Shown: piece by piece, positions 21,232 through 32,157 of the stretch
Numbering within the stretch: the first letter of the stretch is position 1
How the letters are laid out: each line of letters begins with the position of its first letter
From: Candidatus Heimdallarchaeota archaeon
Lineage (GTDB): Archaea > Asgardarchaeota > Heimdallarchaeia > Heimdallarchaeales > Heimdallarchaeaceae
Length of the DNA: 64,000 bases
Assembly (NCBI GenBank): GCA_030603365.1
Contig: JAUVXV010000003.1
Location: forward strand, 192,001-256,000
Direction: 5' to 3'
Program-made: the position numbers and the translations under genes
Notes under the pieces: generated by a model
Told to the model about the DNA's origin: nothing
Database searches by the model: none
Seen by the model: the letters and a program-made list of their open reading frames with translations, nothing else

Positions 21232-24200
21232 CTATGAACTTTCTTGTTTATCGACAATGTCCTCTTTAGGTATGATAATATCAAAACATGATTTTTCTGT
21301 CACTTCGCACAAAATAATTTTCCAGTTATGAGCATCTATGAGTCTTTTAACAATTGATAAACCATGAATAGATTCTTTTTCCTTTGTTGTGAAAGCAGAT
21401 TCAAAAGTCTCCTTAATGACCTCTTTATTTATCAATTTGCCATCATTTATTATTTTGACCACATTAACATCATCTTTTTCTTGCATTTTAACTTCAATCA
21501 TTCTTGGTTGTCCATGAATCACTGCGTTTTCAAAAATGTTCTTGAAAATTTGTGATAGTTTTTCTTTATCTGCTTTGACTGAGAAAAGAGATTCTGTAGA
21601 GAATTTTATTTTAGTTGGAATTGTCATCATAGCTATAGATTTCACTATTTCGCTGAGATCTACAGTATCTGATTTTTCTACTGTTTGGCCAGCATCTGCT
21701 AGTTCTATAGATCTATCTAATAGTTTCCTCATGTACTCCGTTTGTTTATTTATTTTATTGAGAAATTGTTCTGAGTCAGTTTTATCTTCTTGTACTAAAT
21801 CTACATACCCTTCTATAGAAGACAAACAATTTCTGATGTCGTGAGCCATTAAATGAGCAAAATCACTTAATTCTTTTTTCTGTTTTGTGAGAGTATCAAC
21901 AACCTTCTTTCTATCAGATATGTCAGCTACAGTAGCTAAGTAATTACGCGTTTCTGGAATATGAGTGATAGCAATTAGAATACTGTTGATGTCACCGTTT
22001 TTATCTATAAATCTAGTTTCATATTGTTCTGGAACTGAGCTAGGATCTATTATTCGCTTTTGCATAATCTCCTTCATCACGTCTAGCTCAGGTTGGGGAA
22101 CAAAATCGGACCATATTCTACCTTCTAATTCTTCTTTTTTATATCCTGATAGTTTTTCCATCATGGAATTTACTAAAATAATTTCACCACTCATATTATA
22201 AATGACATTTGCCATGCCTTTTGATTCAAATATAGTTCTATAGAGAATTTCAGATTTTCTAATTTCCTCTTCTGCTGTTTTCATATCTGTAATGTCAAAA
22301 AATGCAACAATGTAATCTTCGGAGTTCGGAATTGATGTTAAGTTTACGATAACTTCTCTAATTTGACCGTCTTTGTTGACGAATTTTGTTTCAATATAGG
22401 CAGGTAATATCTTTGGTTGTTGAGCTTTGGAACGACTAAATTTGAGTAAACCTTCTAATGCTTCTTCTGGAACAAACTGGGACCAATTTAAGCCTATTAG
22501 CTCATCTGTTTTATAACCTGTCATTTCTTCTACTTTAGAATTTACTTGTTTTATTATTCGATCTGGACCCATGATAATGTTAGCAGTTCCTGTAGCTTCG
22601 AAAATTGTCTTATAAATATTCGCTGATTGTTCAATTTCCTCTTCAGCACGTTTTATTTCAGTAATGTCAATGAATGAAATAATATAATCATCCATATGAG
22701 GTATTAAGGTTACATTTACTAATATCTCAATAATACTTCCATCTTTTCTGAGAAATTTAGTCTCGTAATGTGTAGGTGTTGAATCAGGATCTTTTTGTCT
22801 TAATTCACTATATCTGGATAATTTCTCTAATTCTGATTCTGGTATAAACCCTAACCAATTCTTATTAATGAGTTCCTCTTCTAAATATCCAGAAATTTCT
22901 ATTGCTCTAGCATTGACTTGCTTAATAATTCTTCCTGGACTTATAACAACATTTGCAGAACCTGTTGCATCAAATATCGCTCTATAGAGATTTTCTGATT
23001 TTATCAGCTCTTTTTCTGCTTTCTTTGTATCACTAATATCTATCATTGAAATTATATGTTTATCTGTGTCGGGGATTAAACCTATGTGAATTAGACAAGT
23101 ATGAATATTCCCTTCTTTATCCTTAAGATTTGCTTCATACCTTTCGGGAACACTTGTCGGATCTTCAAGTCTTCTTTTGTTTAATTCTTGGAGTCTCTCT
23201 AAGTCGGTTTCAGCTACAAAACTTGCCCAACTCATCTTTCCTTCTACTTCTTCTTTAGTGTAACCTGAAAACTTGACTAATTGATCATTCATTAATTCAA
23301 CAATAGTTTCTCTGTTAGCTATAGCAATCATCGTTCCAGAAGCTTCAAAAAGAGTTTTGTAAAGATTAGCTGCTTCCTTTATTCTTTTTCCATCCATTTT
23401 CATCTTTGTTATATCTTGAACAGCAACAATGAAATCAGGAGTACCTGGAATAGTTTTTACCGAGATAAGAGCGTTTTTCTTGTTTCCAGATTTGTCTTTA
23501 AAGCATACTTCAAATTCGTCTGGAACTAATTCTGAATTTTTGTAATGCAGTTCTTGAGACTCTGCTAATTTGTCTGCATCCTCTTCCTTTAAGAGCTCTG
23601 TCCAAGAAAATTTCCCTTCAATCTCTTCTTTTGAGTATCCTGTTAACTCTTCGAATTTTGAGTTAACCATTTTAATAATCTTTTCTTCTGAAATTATTAA
23701 ATTGGCCGTTCCAGTGTTTTCAAATATTGTTCGATAAAGATTCTCAGATTCTTTTAATTTTAATTCTGCTTTTTTCCTCTCTGTTTTATCTCTTACAATG
23801 GCCAATAACGCAACTGGATTCCCTACAAAATCATCTAATCTTGTCACATTTATATCTGCAAAAAAGACAGAGCCATCCTTTTTCTTCAGTTTATATTCTT
23901 GATTTCTTAATATACCCTCGCTTAAGACTTTCTTTGTATTATTGATTGCTTTTTCTAGATCTTCTTCTGATACAAAGTGTGAGTTATGAATACCTATCAA
24001 CTCTTCAGCAGTAGCTAGTCCATATAACTTCGCAGCATGTAAATTTGCAAAAGTAATGTTACCGTTCAAGTCTGTCATAACAATTCCATCAGGAGATGTT
24101 TCTATTAGTCTTCGATATCTAATTTCACTCCTTTCTAATTCTTCTTCTTGCTTAACTATTTCAGTAATATTTCTAAATGAACTCTGTAGATATTTCCTAT

Positions 24201-26127
24201 TCCTAATAGTGATTAGACTTGAATTTATGCTCACCACTACCCTTCTATTATTTTTAGTTAATACCATAGTTCTAACTAACTCGTTGCTTCCTTGAGCATG
24301 TCTTTCAAAAGCTTTCATAGTTGACTCTACAGATTCTTCAGGATGGAGATCTTGTGCTTTAAGTGAGAGAATTTCTTCTTTGTTTCTCTCCATAAGTTTT
24401 TCTGCTTGTTTATTACAATCAACAATCTCCTTGGTTATTAAATCCACTATAAAAACTGCATCAGGAATCCCCTCAAATAGACTCTTAAATCTGTTTTCAC
24501 TTTCTTTGAGCACTTCTTCCATTAGTTTCTCTTCAGTAATGTCATACAAACTTCCTTGGACAATGAATTCATTATCTTCTCCAACATCAATATTCTGGAC
24601 ATGTTGTCGTATCCATTTGATTTTACCGGTTTTATCCCTAATTCTGTATTCCATTATATTACTGAAACCGGGTGTGTTTTCTAGTTCTTTTGTAATTTCT
24701 TGCAAATATTTCATATCTTCTGGAACTACAACTTGATCCCAGGATAATTCTCCATCTACAAAATCTTCTTCAGTATATCCAGTAATTTCCTCTACTGCTC
24801 CATGAAAGAAGAAAGGTTTGAAACCAACTGAACCCTGAAATGCAATTCCATCAAAATTTTGTACAAAAGTCTTGTATTTGAGTTCACTTTCACGTATCGC
24901 TTTTTCAGCTTCTCTTCTTTCGGATAAATCTCTCCCTATAGCCATCAATCCAGTAGGTTTGCCATCTTCACCCTTCAATACAGAAGAGTTTAACTCTACA
25001 GGAAACGAAGTACCGTCTTTCCTTAACATAGTGTATTCGAAAGTTCCTTTGAGTGAAACAAACGATTGTTTTCTTAATCTTTCCATAACTTTTTGATGAT
25101 CTTCAGGAGCAGTATACTCCATTAAAGAACTACCAATCAGTTCTTCTGGACTATTAACTCCGTGCATTACTGCTGCTTGTTGATTAGCATAAGTAACATT
25201 GCCTTTCAAATCTGCTAGCACAATGGAATATGGTGAGGTTTCAACAAGGATTCGGTATTTTTCCTCACTTGCTTGTAAAGCTCTTTGTATTTCCTTTCGT
25301 TTAGTAATGTCTTCTCCCAAGCCAAGAATTTTAATTGTTTTGTCATCTGAATCCTTTATTGGCGTATTTCTCCAAGATATGATTTTCTTTTCTCCAGATT
25401 TTGTCATTATCTCAATTTCAGAATATGGACTTAATTTTTTCATTCCAACAATTACTTGCTGAAAACTGAACCTTATCTCGTCTCGAATATCTTCAGAATA
25501 AACTGTATCGAACCAATTTTTTCCAATAATATCTTTTTTAGAGTATCCGAGAGTAGAGGTTAGATTTTTGTTGATTAGTTCAACTTCCTCATTAGCATTA
25601 ACGATAACAAACATGATGGTTGCTTCGTTCAAATAAAGCTGTGTTAGATCTTTTTCTTCTTTAAGTTCAAGTTCTCTCCTAACTAATGCTTCCTCTGCTT
25701 TTTTATGTCTTAATACTGTTCTTATTTGATGAACTAACTCTGTATATTGACTCCTTGCATCTGATCCTTTTCTAATGTAATAATCAGCTCCAAGATTTAA
25801 TGCATCTATTACTACCTCTTCTCTCCCCCTTCCAGTAAATATGATAAACGGAATATTGAGCTCTTCTTTCTTGATTGTTTTGAGTAAATCAAGTCCATTC
25901 AAATTTTCCATTAGATAATCACAGACGATTACATCAATAGAGTTGCTTTTTATTTTTTCAATGACTTGAGAGGGATCTCTTAAAGATTCCACCTCAATCT
26001 CCCCTTCACTCATTTTCTCAATAAATTCTTTTGTTAAGTAAAGAAAATCCTCTTCGTCATCAATATGTAAAACCTTGATTTTTTCAGGAAGTAAATCATC
26101 TGCCTTTTGTGTACTCTGGTTGTTCAT
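21232..26127 (-). CDS. Hybrid REC + 10 PAS + histidine kinase
   Basis: N-terminal REC (HIDDE, VCDYLM); ten PAS/PAC units ending in D[IL][TS]-type motifs; H-box AHDIRN; NIFENA. Confidence 0.9.
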   Translation of the reverse strand: MNNQSTQKADDLLPEKIKVLHIDDEEDFLYLTKEFIEKMSEGEIEVESLRDPSQVIEKIKSNSIDVIVCDYLMENLNGLDLLKTIKKEELNIPFIIFTGRGREEVVIDALNLGADYYIRKGSDARSQYTELVHQIRTVLRHKKAEEALVRRELELKEEKDLTQLYLNEATIMFVIVNANEEVELINKNLTSTLGYSKKDIIGKNWFDTVYSEDIRDEIRFSFQQVIVGMKKLSPYSEIEIMTKSGEKKIISWRNTPIKDSDDKTIKILGLGEDITKRKEIQRALQASEEKYRILVETSPYSIVLADLKGNVTYANQQAAVMHGVNSPEELIGSSLMEYTAPEDHQKVMERLRKQSFVSLKGTFEYTMLRKDGTSFPVELNSSVLKGEDGKPTGLMAIGRDLSERREAEKAIRESELKYKTFVQNFDGIAFQGSVGFKPFFFHGAVEEITGYTEEDFVDGELSWDQVVVPEDMKYLQEITKELENTPGFSNIMEYRIRDKTGKIKWIRQHVQNIDVGEDNEFIVQGSLYDITEEKLMEEVLKESENRFKSLFEGIPDAVFIVDLITKEIVDCNKQAEKLMERNKEEILSLKAQDLHPEESVESTMKAFERHAQGSNELVRTMVLTKNNRRVVVSINSSLITIRNRKYLQSSFRNITEIVKQEEELERSEIRYRRLIETSPDGIVMTDLNGNITFANLHAAKLYGLATAEELIGIHNSHFVSEEDLEKAINNTKKVLSEGILRNQEYKLKKKDGSVFFADINVTRLDDFVGNPVALLAIVRDKTERKKAELKLKESENLYRTIFENTGTANLIISEEKIIKMVNSKFEELTGYSKEEIEGKFSWTELLKEEDADKLAESQELHYKNSELVPDEFEVCFKDKSGNKKNALISVKTIPGTPDFIVAVQDITKMKMDGKRIKEAANLYKTLFEASGTMIAIANRETIVELMNDQLVKFSGYTKEEVEGKMSWASFVAETDLERLQELNKRRLEDPTSVPERYEANLKDKEGNIHTCLIHIGLIPDTDKHIISMIDISDTKKAEKELIKSENLYRAIFDATGSANVVISPGRIIKQVNARAIEISGYLEEELINKNWLGFIPESELEKLSRYSELRQKDPDSTPTHYETKFLRKDGSIIEILVNVTLIPHMDDYIISFIDITEIKRAEEEIEQSANIYKTIFEATGTANIIMGPDRIIKQVNSKVEEMTGYKTDELIGLNWSQFVPEEALEGLLKFSRSKAQQPKILPAYIETKFVNKDGQIREVIVNLTSIPNSEDYIVAFFDITDMKTAEEEIRKSEILYRTIFESKGMANVIYNMSGEIILVNSMMEKLSGYKKEELEGRIWSDFVPQPELDVMKEIMQKRIIDPSSVPEQYETRFIDKNGDINSILIAITHIPETRNYLATVADISDRKKVVDTLTKQKKELSDFAHLMAHDIRNCLSSIEGYVDLVQEDKTDSEQFLNKINKQTEYMRKLLDRSIELADAGQTVEKSDTVDLSEIVKSIAMMTIPTKIKFSTESLFSVKADKEKLSQIFKNIFENAVIHGQPRMIEVKMQEKDDVNVVKIINDGKLINKEVIKETFESAFTTKEKESIHGLSIVKRLIDAHNWKIILCEVTEKSCFDIIIPKEDIVDKQESS

Positions 26128-26230
26128 CAGAATAACCTATAAGTATTATATATTGATACAACTATTAAAAGGATTTTTTGATGCAAATACAAAAATAGTG
26201 TTGTGTATACATTTTACACATAGGTAGATA

Positions 26231-26560
26231 ATGTTGAGATATAACTTTGAGGAATGTTTAGAAAAAACTATTACTATTGAGGGTGTAATATCAAATATTC
26301 CATGGCAACATCTTATAGGACTTTTTGAAGAATACCCATTTTCTGATTACTTAGACTTAGATAATAATGAACAGATTGTTATCTACTCAAAAACTCAAAT
26401 TTTACGTAGAAATGTAAGAATTAAAGCTACAGGAGAAATAATAAAACTTACAGGACGTTCAAAAAGACCAGGTAAAATAGACGACAACGAGTATTTCGAA
26501 TATCAAATGCTTGTCACTAATTGGGATTATATAAATCCAAAAGAACCAGACATTGAATGA
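26231..26560 (+). CDS. Hypothetical protein, possibly OB-fold-like
   Basis: aggtag upstream; ITIEGVIS...IKATGEI beta pattern; abuts the next gene. Confidence 0.6.
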   Translation: MLRYNFEECLEKTITIEGVISNIPWQHLIGLFEEYPFSDYLDLDNNEQIVIYSKTQILRRNVRIKATGEIIKLTGRSKRPGKIDDNEYFEYQMLVTNWDYINPKEPDIE

Positions 26561-27418
26561 GTGATTCCCCTGATTGAAGAAGATGATATGGAGAGTCTTT
26601 TTGAGAGTCTTATCGACGAGGACCTTCATGTGCGTATTTTTACTATTGAAACAATAGTTGATAATCAGAACAAACATCTAGCAGTACCTAAATTGATTAA
26701 GATGCTTGCTGAAGATGTTAAAGAAGTTCGTATAAGAATCGCTTGGGCTTTAGGAAAGATAGGGGATAAGAAAGCTATTGATTCATTGATTGAAGCTTTA
26801 AACGATGAGAACTGGGAAGTCAGAAGAAATTCTATAAGAGCCTTAGGAGAACTCATGGCTCTTGATGATATACCTTCAATAGTGAAAAAATTAGAAGATT
26901 TACACTGGGAAGTAAGAGCTGAAACAGTTGTTGTCTTAGAATATCTAGGGTGGGTTCCATCAAATGAAAGAGACAAAGCTCTAATTCTTATTGGAAAAGA
27001 GAGATGGGAAGAATTATTCAAACTAGATGAATTAGATGAAGACCTGTTGATTGATTTGTTGAAAGACTCAGATAGTGAAATCAAATCAAAAATTTCTTGG
27101 ATTCTAGGAGAATTACAAACTTCCCGTGCTATAGAACCGCTCTACCAACTTCTACTCAAAGATAGATTTCAAGAAGTTAAAGAAAGTGCTGCTATTGCTA
27201 TCGGGAAAATAGGTGGCGAACGAGTGTTCAATCTCCTAAAAGAGGCACTCGAAAATAATGACTGGTTTATTCGGAAATGTGCAACTAGTGCTCTTGGATA
27301 CTCGAGAGACTTAAATGCATTTGAAATCCTCAAACAATTAGTTAAGGATGATAATCGTTTTGTTAGCGAAAGTGCTAAAGAAGCTCTAGCAAGGATGGAA
27401 ACCGAAGAACGACTCTAA
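26561..27418 (+). CDS. HEAT/PBS-lyase repeat protein
   Basis: Repeated L.D....VR..A..ALG.IG units. Confidence 0.9.
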   Translation: MIPLIEEDDMESLFESLIDEDLHVRIFTIETIVDNQNKHLAVPKLIKMLAEDVKEVRIRIAWALGKIGDKKAIDSLIEALNDENWEVRRNSIRALGELMALDDIPSIVKKLEDLHWEVRAETVVVLEYLGWVPSNERDKALILIGKERWEELFKLDELDEDLLIDLLKDSDSEIKSKISWILGELQTSRAIEPLYQLLLKDRFQEVKESAAIAIGKIGGERVFNLLKEALENNDWFIRKCATSALGYSRDLNAFEILKQLVKDDNRFVSESAKEALARMETEERL

Positions 27419-27504
27419 TCTTTAGAGATATATTTAAAATTGCATAGATTATCACTATTTTAGTTAGAAAAGAAATAAACTTAGTCCCCTTGGAGGAATA
27501 GTAT

Positions 27505-28788
27505 ATGGATGACCTTAGAAAGAAACTAGCTATATCGCAAGAAAATTTGGAATCTGTTCAAAAATTCTTTCTTGACGAAAATAATCCGTTTATCAACGAC
27601 TTAATTCAAGTAATTGATAAATATGGTGGAGTACAAGAAATCAATAAGAAATTTGAAGAATCTAGAAAACTTGAAAGCTTGTACAAGAAGCTTGAATCTG
27701 TTAAACCTGAATATATTGATGATCTCGAATGGCTCATTAAGCAAAGAGATAATGAAGCTTTCATTAGTGCAAGCGAATATAAGAGAAAGATACTTGGTAA
27801 CGCATTTGATAGTACGACTTTTGATGAATCCTATGCAGTTACTCTTGAGTTATCTGCATGTCAGTATTTCCCCTTTCTAATAAAAGGCGCACAAAAAACA
27901 ATTGAAAATAAAAATTTAATGCCTGGAAGAATAATACGTGTTAGGGCAATGAAAGAACAGGAAAATGATGGTGATTTAGCAGCAATGACTGCAGCTGTAG
28001 ATATAATTGGTGCTTCTAGAGTTGAAACCTTAGATACAAAAGGTACATTACCTGGTCCTGATGGAATGCCTGTAAATATACATCTTGGAGGTCCAGCAAC
28101 AATAACAGGATACTTTGGAGGAGTTGGACAACCTAATGAATTTGCTTTAAAGTGGGTAGATGAATTTCTATATTATTATACTAATTACGGAGTAAGAAGT
28201 GTTTTGAATATAAATCCAGGTACAGTCATTTTGGGATACATGCTTTATAAAATGGGTATTAATAACGAATTCAAAATTTCTGTTTATATGGGAAATGATA
28301 ATCCTTATTCCGTGCTTTGGACTTTGATGACCGCCAAGCTGTTTTCTAGAGCGGATGGAACAAGTCCGCTAATAGGATTTAATCTATCAAATGCAGTTAA
28401 TAACTGGACAATTGAGATGAGTTCGCACATACGAAATAACTTTGGTTTTGAGGACGTTGTTAGACTTGAACATCATATTATAGAAACATGGAAATCAATT
28501 GTTAGACAACCTTATGATAGAACACAGGAACTTCTAGAAATCGCTAAGAAAGTGAAAAATATCAGTGCAAAACATGAAGGCGGTCCTGTAGATATTGATC
28601 CTACAAGAGAACATCCTTCTGACATTCTTGACTATTTCAAATCAAAAGAACAGATCACAGAAGAAGGTTTATGGGATCATCTCTTACAAAATCATTATGA
28701 CAGACAAACTTCAATCAACAATACTGCCAAAGCTCTAACAGAAAAAGGAATAGATTTCATAGCTGCAAGAGAATTACATTATAAATGA
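27505..28788 (+). CDS. Conserved-looking hypothetical protein, enzyme-like
   Basis: Strong RBS ggagga; Gly-rich motif IHLGGPATITGYFGGVG; no family recognised. Confidence 0.75.
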   Translation: MDDLRKKLAISQENLESVQKFFLDENNPFINDLIQVIDKYGGVQEINKKFEESRKLESLYKKLESVKPEYIDDLEWLIKQRDNEAFISASEYKRKILGNAFDSTTFDESYAVTLELSACQYFPFLIKGAQKTIENKNLMPGRIIRVRAMKEQENDGDLAAMTAAVDIIGASRVETLDTKGTLPGPDGMPVNIHLGGPATITGYFGGVGQPNEFALKWVDEFLYYYTNYGVRSVLNINPGTVILGYMLYKMGINNEFKISVYMGNDNPYSVLWTLMTAKLFSRADGTSPLIGFNLSNAVNNWTIEMSSHIRNNFGFEDVVRLEHHIIETWKSIVRQPYDRTQELLEIAKKVKNISAKHEGGPVDIDPTREHPSDILDYFKSKEQITEEGLWDHLLQNHYDRQTSINNTAKALTEKGIDFIAARELHYK

Positions 28789-28798
28789 TAGTAACTAG

Positions 28799-29968
28799 AT
28801 GAGAAACATGAAAAAATTGGCAAACGGTATGTACCGAATTCTAGGTGAAGGAGCATTTGAATACCTAGCAAAAGCTCAATCCTTAGAAAGGGAGGGAAAG
28901 AAAGTTTTGCATTTTGAGATTGGGCAACCTGATTTTCCTACCCCTCAGCACATTAAAGAATCAGCTTACGAAGCTATAGAAAGTAACTTCACTGGTTATG
29001 TTTCGGCTACAGGAATCTTAGAATTAAAACAAGCTGTTCAAGATGAAATTGAGTTATCACGTGGTTTTCGACCATCCATTGAACAAATTCTCATTTTACC
29101 AGGTGCAAAACCTGGAATATTCTTTACAATGTTAAGTCTCGTAAACCAAGGAGAAGAAATAATCTATCCTGATCCAGGTTTTCCTACTTATGGTTCTGTT
29201 GTGAAATACATAGGTGCTGGAGATGTTCCAATAACACTCAAAGAAGAGAATGAATTTCGATTAAATCCGTCTGATATTGAAGAAAAGATTACACCCAAAA
29301 CTAAGCTGATTATACTTAACAGTCCTCAAAATCCGACAGGATCAGTTATGACAAAAGAAGAGATTGAAAAAATTGCAGAGATAGCAGAAGAAAATGATAT
29401 CTTTGTTTTCTCTGATGAAATTTATTCAAAAATGCTCTATGAATCAACTTTTCATACACCTTCTGTAAGAGATGAAGCAAAAGACAGAACTGTTATTCTA
29501 GATGGATTTTCAAAATCTTATAGTATGACAGGATGGAGACTTGGCTATGTTGTTGGACCAGAAGAAATAATAGAAAAAATGGGGACGTTGATGATCAACT
29601 CTCTATCATGCACCACTTCATTTGTTCAGAAAGCAGGCATTACTGCTCTTAAAGGGACACAAGAACCTTTACGAGAAATGATGAAAGCTTTTCTTGAAAG
29701 AAGAAATGCTATTGTAAAAGGATTAAATGAGATACCTAATTTCACATGTCTTTCACCTCAAGGTGCATTTTATGCATTTCCAAATATAACAAATACAGGT
29801 ATGAATTCTCGAGAAATAGCTGATCACATTTTATATAAAGCAGGGGTTTGCTGCTTACCAGGTTCTGCTTTTGGTCCTGGTGGAGAAGGTTATCTGAGAT
29901 TTTCATATGCTACATCGATTGCTAACATAAGCCAAGCTGTTGCTCAGATCAAAGAATCTTTTGGATAA
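28799..29968 (+). CDS. PLP-dependent aminotransferase class I/II (aspartate aminotransferase-like)
   Basis: GQPDF, NSPQNPTG, SDEIY, GFSKSYSMTGWRLGY. Confidence 0.93.
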   Translation: MRNMKKLANGMYRILGEGAFEYLAKAQSLEREGKKVLHFEIGQPDFPTPQHIKESAYEAIESNFTGYVSATGILELKQAVQDEIELSRGFRPSIEQILILPGAKPGIFFTMLSLVNQGEEIIYPDPGFPTYGSVVKYIGAGDVPITLKEENEFRLNPSDIEEKITPKTKLIILNSPQNPTGSVMTKEEIEKIAEIAEENDIFVFSDEIYSKMLYESTFHTPSVRDEAKDRTVILDGFSKSYSMTGWRLGYVVGPEEIIEKMGTLMINSLSCTTSFVQKAGITALKGTQEPLREMMKAFLERRNAIVKGLNEIPNFTCLSPQGAFYAFPNITNTGMNSREIADHILYKAGVCCLPGSAFGPGGEGYLRFSYATSIANISQAVAQIKESFG

Positions 29969-30046
29969 TGTTAACCTTTTTCTTGATTTTTTTACTTAAA
30001 TTCAACAGTTATACTTTTATTCTGTTATTCTTCTGAAAATAAAACC

Positions 30047-31228
30047 ATGAAGACTAAAGTTTCAATTGTCAAAATTCAAAACAACGACATAGAAACTGCT
30101 GTTCACCAAGCAGTTGAGCTTGCTGGTGGAATAGAAGCTGTACATGAAAACAGTAGACCAATTCTCATCAAGCCTAATGCCATAACCTTCAAAAAAACAT
30201 GGGAATCACAGCTTGCGGTAACTACTCATCCTGAAGTTGTGAGAGCTCTAATTAGACTATTAAAGGAAAAAGGTCATGAAATTATTGTAGGGGATACTTC
30301 AGGGGGAGGAATTAAAACTAAGACTGTACTGGAAAAAGCAGGTTTTAACAAGATAGGAAAAGAAGAAAACATTCCTGTAGTAAGTTTATCATCCAATGCT
30401 GAAAAAGTTTACATAAAAAATCATGAAAAACTTGCTAATGTAACACTTGCTGGGTTAGCACTAACCTCAGATATAATTAATGTTCCCAAAATGAAGACTC
30501 ATGCCCTTACACGTGTAACACTTGCCATTAAGAATCTTTTTGGTTGTGTTGTTGGAATGGAAAAAAAGAGAGTTCATGGTGTATCCTATACAGCAAAAAG
30601 CTTTGCACAATGTTTAGTAGATATTTATTCAGTTTTGAAAGATAACATCAAGATGAATGTTCTAGATGCAAAAATAGCAATGGAAGGTTATGGCCCTACA
30701 GATGGAGATCCCAAAGAGATGAATTTGATTTTAGCAAGCAAAGATGCAGTCGCTCTTGATTCGATAGCTACAATGTTGATGGATGAAAAACCGTTATCAA
30801 TCCCCACAACCAAAAATGCTGCTCAAAGAGGGTTAGGAGTTGCAAATCTTGAAGATATAGAAGTCGTTGGAGAGAATATCGATGATGTAAAAAGTAAATT
30901 TTCTATACCTATGCGAGCAATTTCATGGTTACCTATTGGCAGAATGTGGAATTTGAAGGCAAAACAACCTAAGTATGTAGGTGAGGGCTGTAAAGCTTGT
31001 CTCAGATGTCAAACAGTCTGCCCTGCTGATGCAATAATCGTTGACAAAGAAAATAAGAAACCTGAATTTGATTATAAGAAATGTCTCTCTTGTCTATGCT
31101 GTTTCGAACTATGTCCTGAGCATGTGATATATATGGGGCATATGAAATACTGGAAAGAAATCTATGGAATTATAGGATTAATTGCTATTTTGATTATAGC
31201 AGGAATTTTGTTAGGAATATTCTTGTAA
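30047..31228 (+). CDS. DUF362 protein with a 2[4Fe-4S] ferredoxin domain and a C-terminal TM
   Basis: IKPN, TTHPEVV, PKMKTH, KNLFGC; two CxxCxxCxxxCP motifs; hydrophobic tail. Confidence 0.88.
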   Translation: MKTKVSIVKIQNNDIETAVHQAVELAGGIEAVHENSRPILIKPNAITFKKTWESQLAVTTHPEVVRALIRLLKEKGHEIIVGDTSGGGIKTKTVLEKAGFNKIGKEENIPVVSLSSNAEKVYIKNHEKLANVTLAGLALTSDIINVPKMKTHALTRVTLAIKNLFGCVVGMEKKRVHGVSYTAKSFAQCLVDIYSVLKDNIKMNVLDAKIAMEGYGPTDGDPKEMNLILASKDAVALDSIATMLMDEKPLSIPTTKNAAQRGLGVANLEDIEVVGENIDDVKSKFSIPMRAISWLPIGRMWNLKAKQPKYVGEGCKACLRCQTVCPADAIIVDKENKKPEFDYKKCLSCLCCFELCPEHVIYMGHMKYWKEIYGIIGLIAILIIAGILLGIFL

Positions 31229-31325
31229 CGTGTAAGTACAATTGGTAAAACTATTTTTCGCTTATTCCGAATAATTAGGTAAATGAATAGAGCTTTAAAC
31301 AAAACTAACCATTTTATTAGCATAT

Positions 31326-32138
31326 TCACCCAAGAAGATTTGCTAGATTTTCTCCTAGAATTTTCCTTTTCTGATTCTGTGTAATGTCCATTTTCTGAAT
31401 TTTTCTCATATTCAGTTCAAGACATCTGTCCCCAATAGGTGAATCGGTTCCTAGTAATACTTTATCCTCACCAAACTTATCCATCGCTAAATGAATTCGC
31501 TTCTCTGAAATAATGAAATAGGTTGAGATATCAAAATAAATATTTTTCAAATCATTCCCTTTCTTTGCAATAGTTTCAAAACCCATCATATGAGCAACTA
31601 TGTAATTTGTTTTCGGGAATTCCCGTGCTAGATTTACAAACCTTCTTGCTTCCTTGAAATTATAGAGGTGGATAAAAATTGGAATGTTCTTCTCAGTTGC
31701 AAATTGAGATATGATTTTCATCCCAACATCTTTATTTGAAAATTTCATCATACATTGATGTAGCTTTATGCCTGCAAAAGACATTTTTTCATAATTTTCT
31801 TCCAGAATAGTGATTAAATTAGGAGCATTAGGGTCAATCCAAAAGTACTGTAGCAATCTGTTTGGATATTCTTGGACCATTGAAAAAACATGTTCATTAT
31901 TTGGAGCTGGCATTTTTTTATGGCCAGGACGAAGAAAGAAAATATTTCCCAAAATATGGAAAAATGGATTCATAGAAGATTTTTTGTAAGCTATTTTGGG
32001 AACAGTGAATTCAAAGTTAGGATCAGTGCCACCTGGACATAAAACTACTTTGTCTACCCCCAATTTATCCATCAGAGGTATTAGAATCTTGGTTTTACCA
32101 AAATCACCAAAAGCATGAGCATGACCATCGATAATCAT
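31326..32138 (-). CDS. Amidohydrolase_2 family metallohydrolase (start reassigned to ATG 32138)
   Basis: IIDGHAH, GIKLH, IH, AHM, GTDSP, ILGENL. Confidence 0.88.
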   Translation of the reverse strand: MIIDGHAHAFGDFGKTKILIPLMDKLGVDKVVLCPGGTDPNFEFTVPKIAYKKSSMNPFFHILGNIFFLRPGHKKMPAPNNEHVFSMVQEYPNRLLQYFWIDPNAPNLITILEENYEKMSFAGIKLHQCMMKFSNKDVGMKIISQFATEKNIPIFIHLYNFKEARRFVNLAREFPKTNYIVAHMMGFETIAKKGNDLKNIYFDISTYFIISEKRIHLAMDKFGEDKVLLGTDSPIGDRCLELNMRKIQKMDITQNQKRKILGENLANLLG

Positions 32139-32157
32139 AGAATTAGTCCTCAATAAA

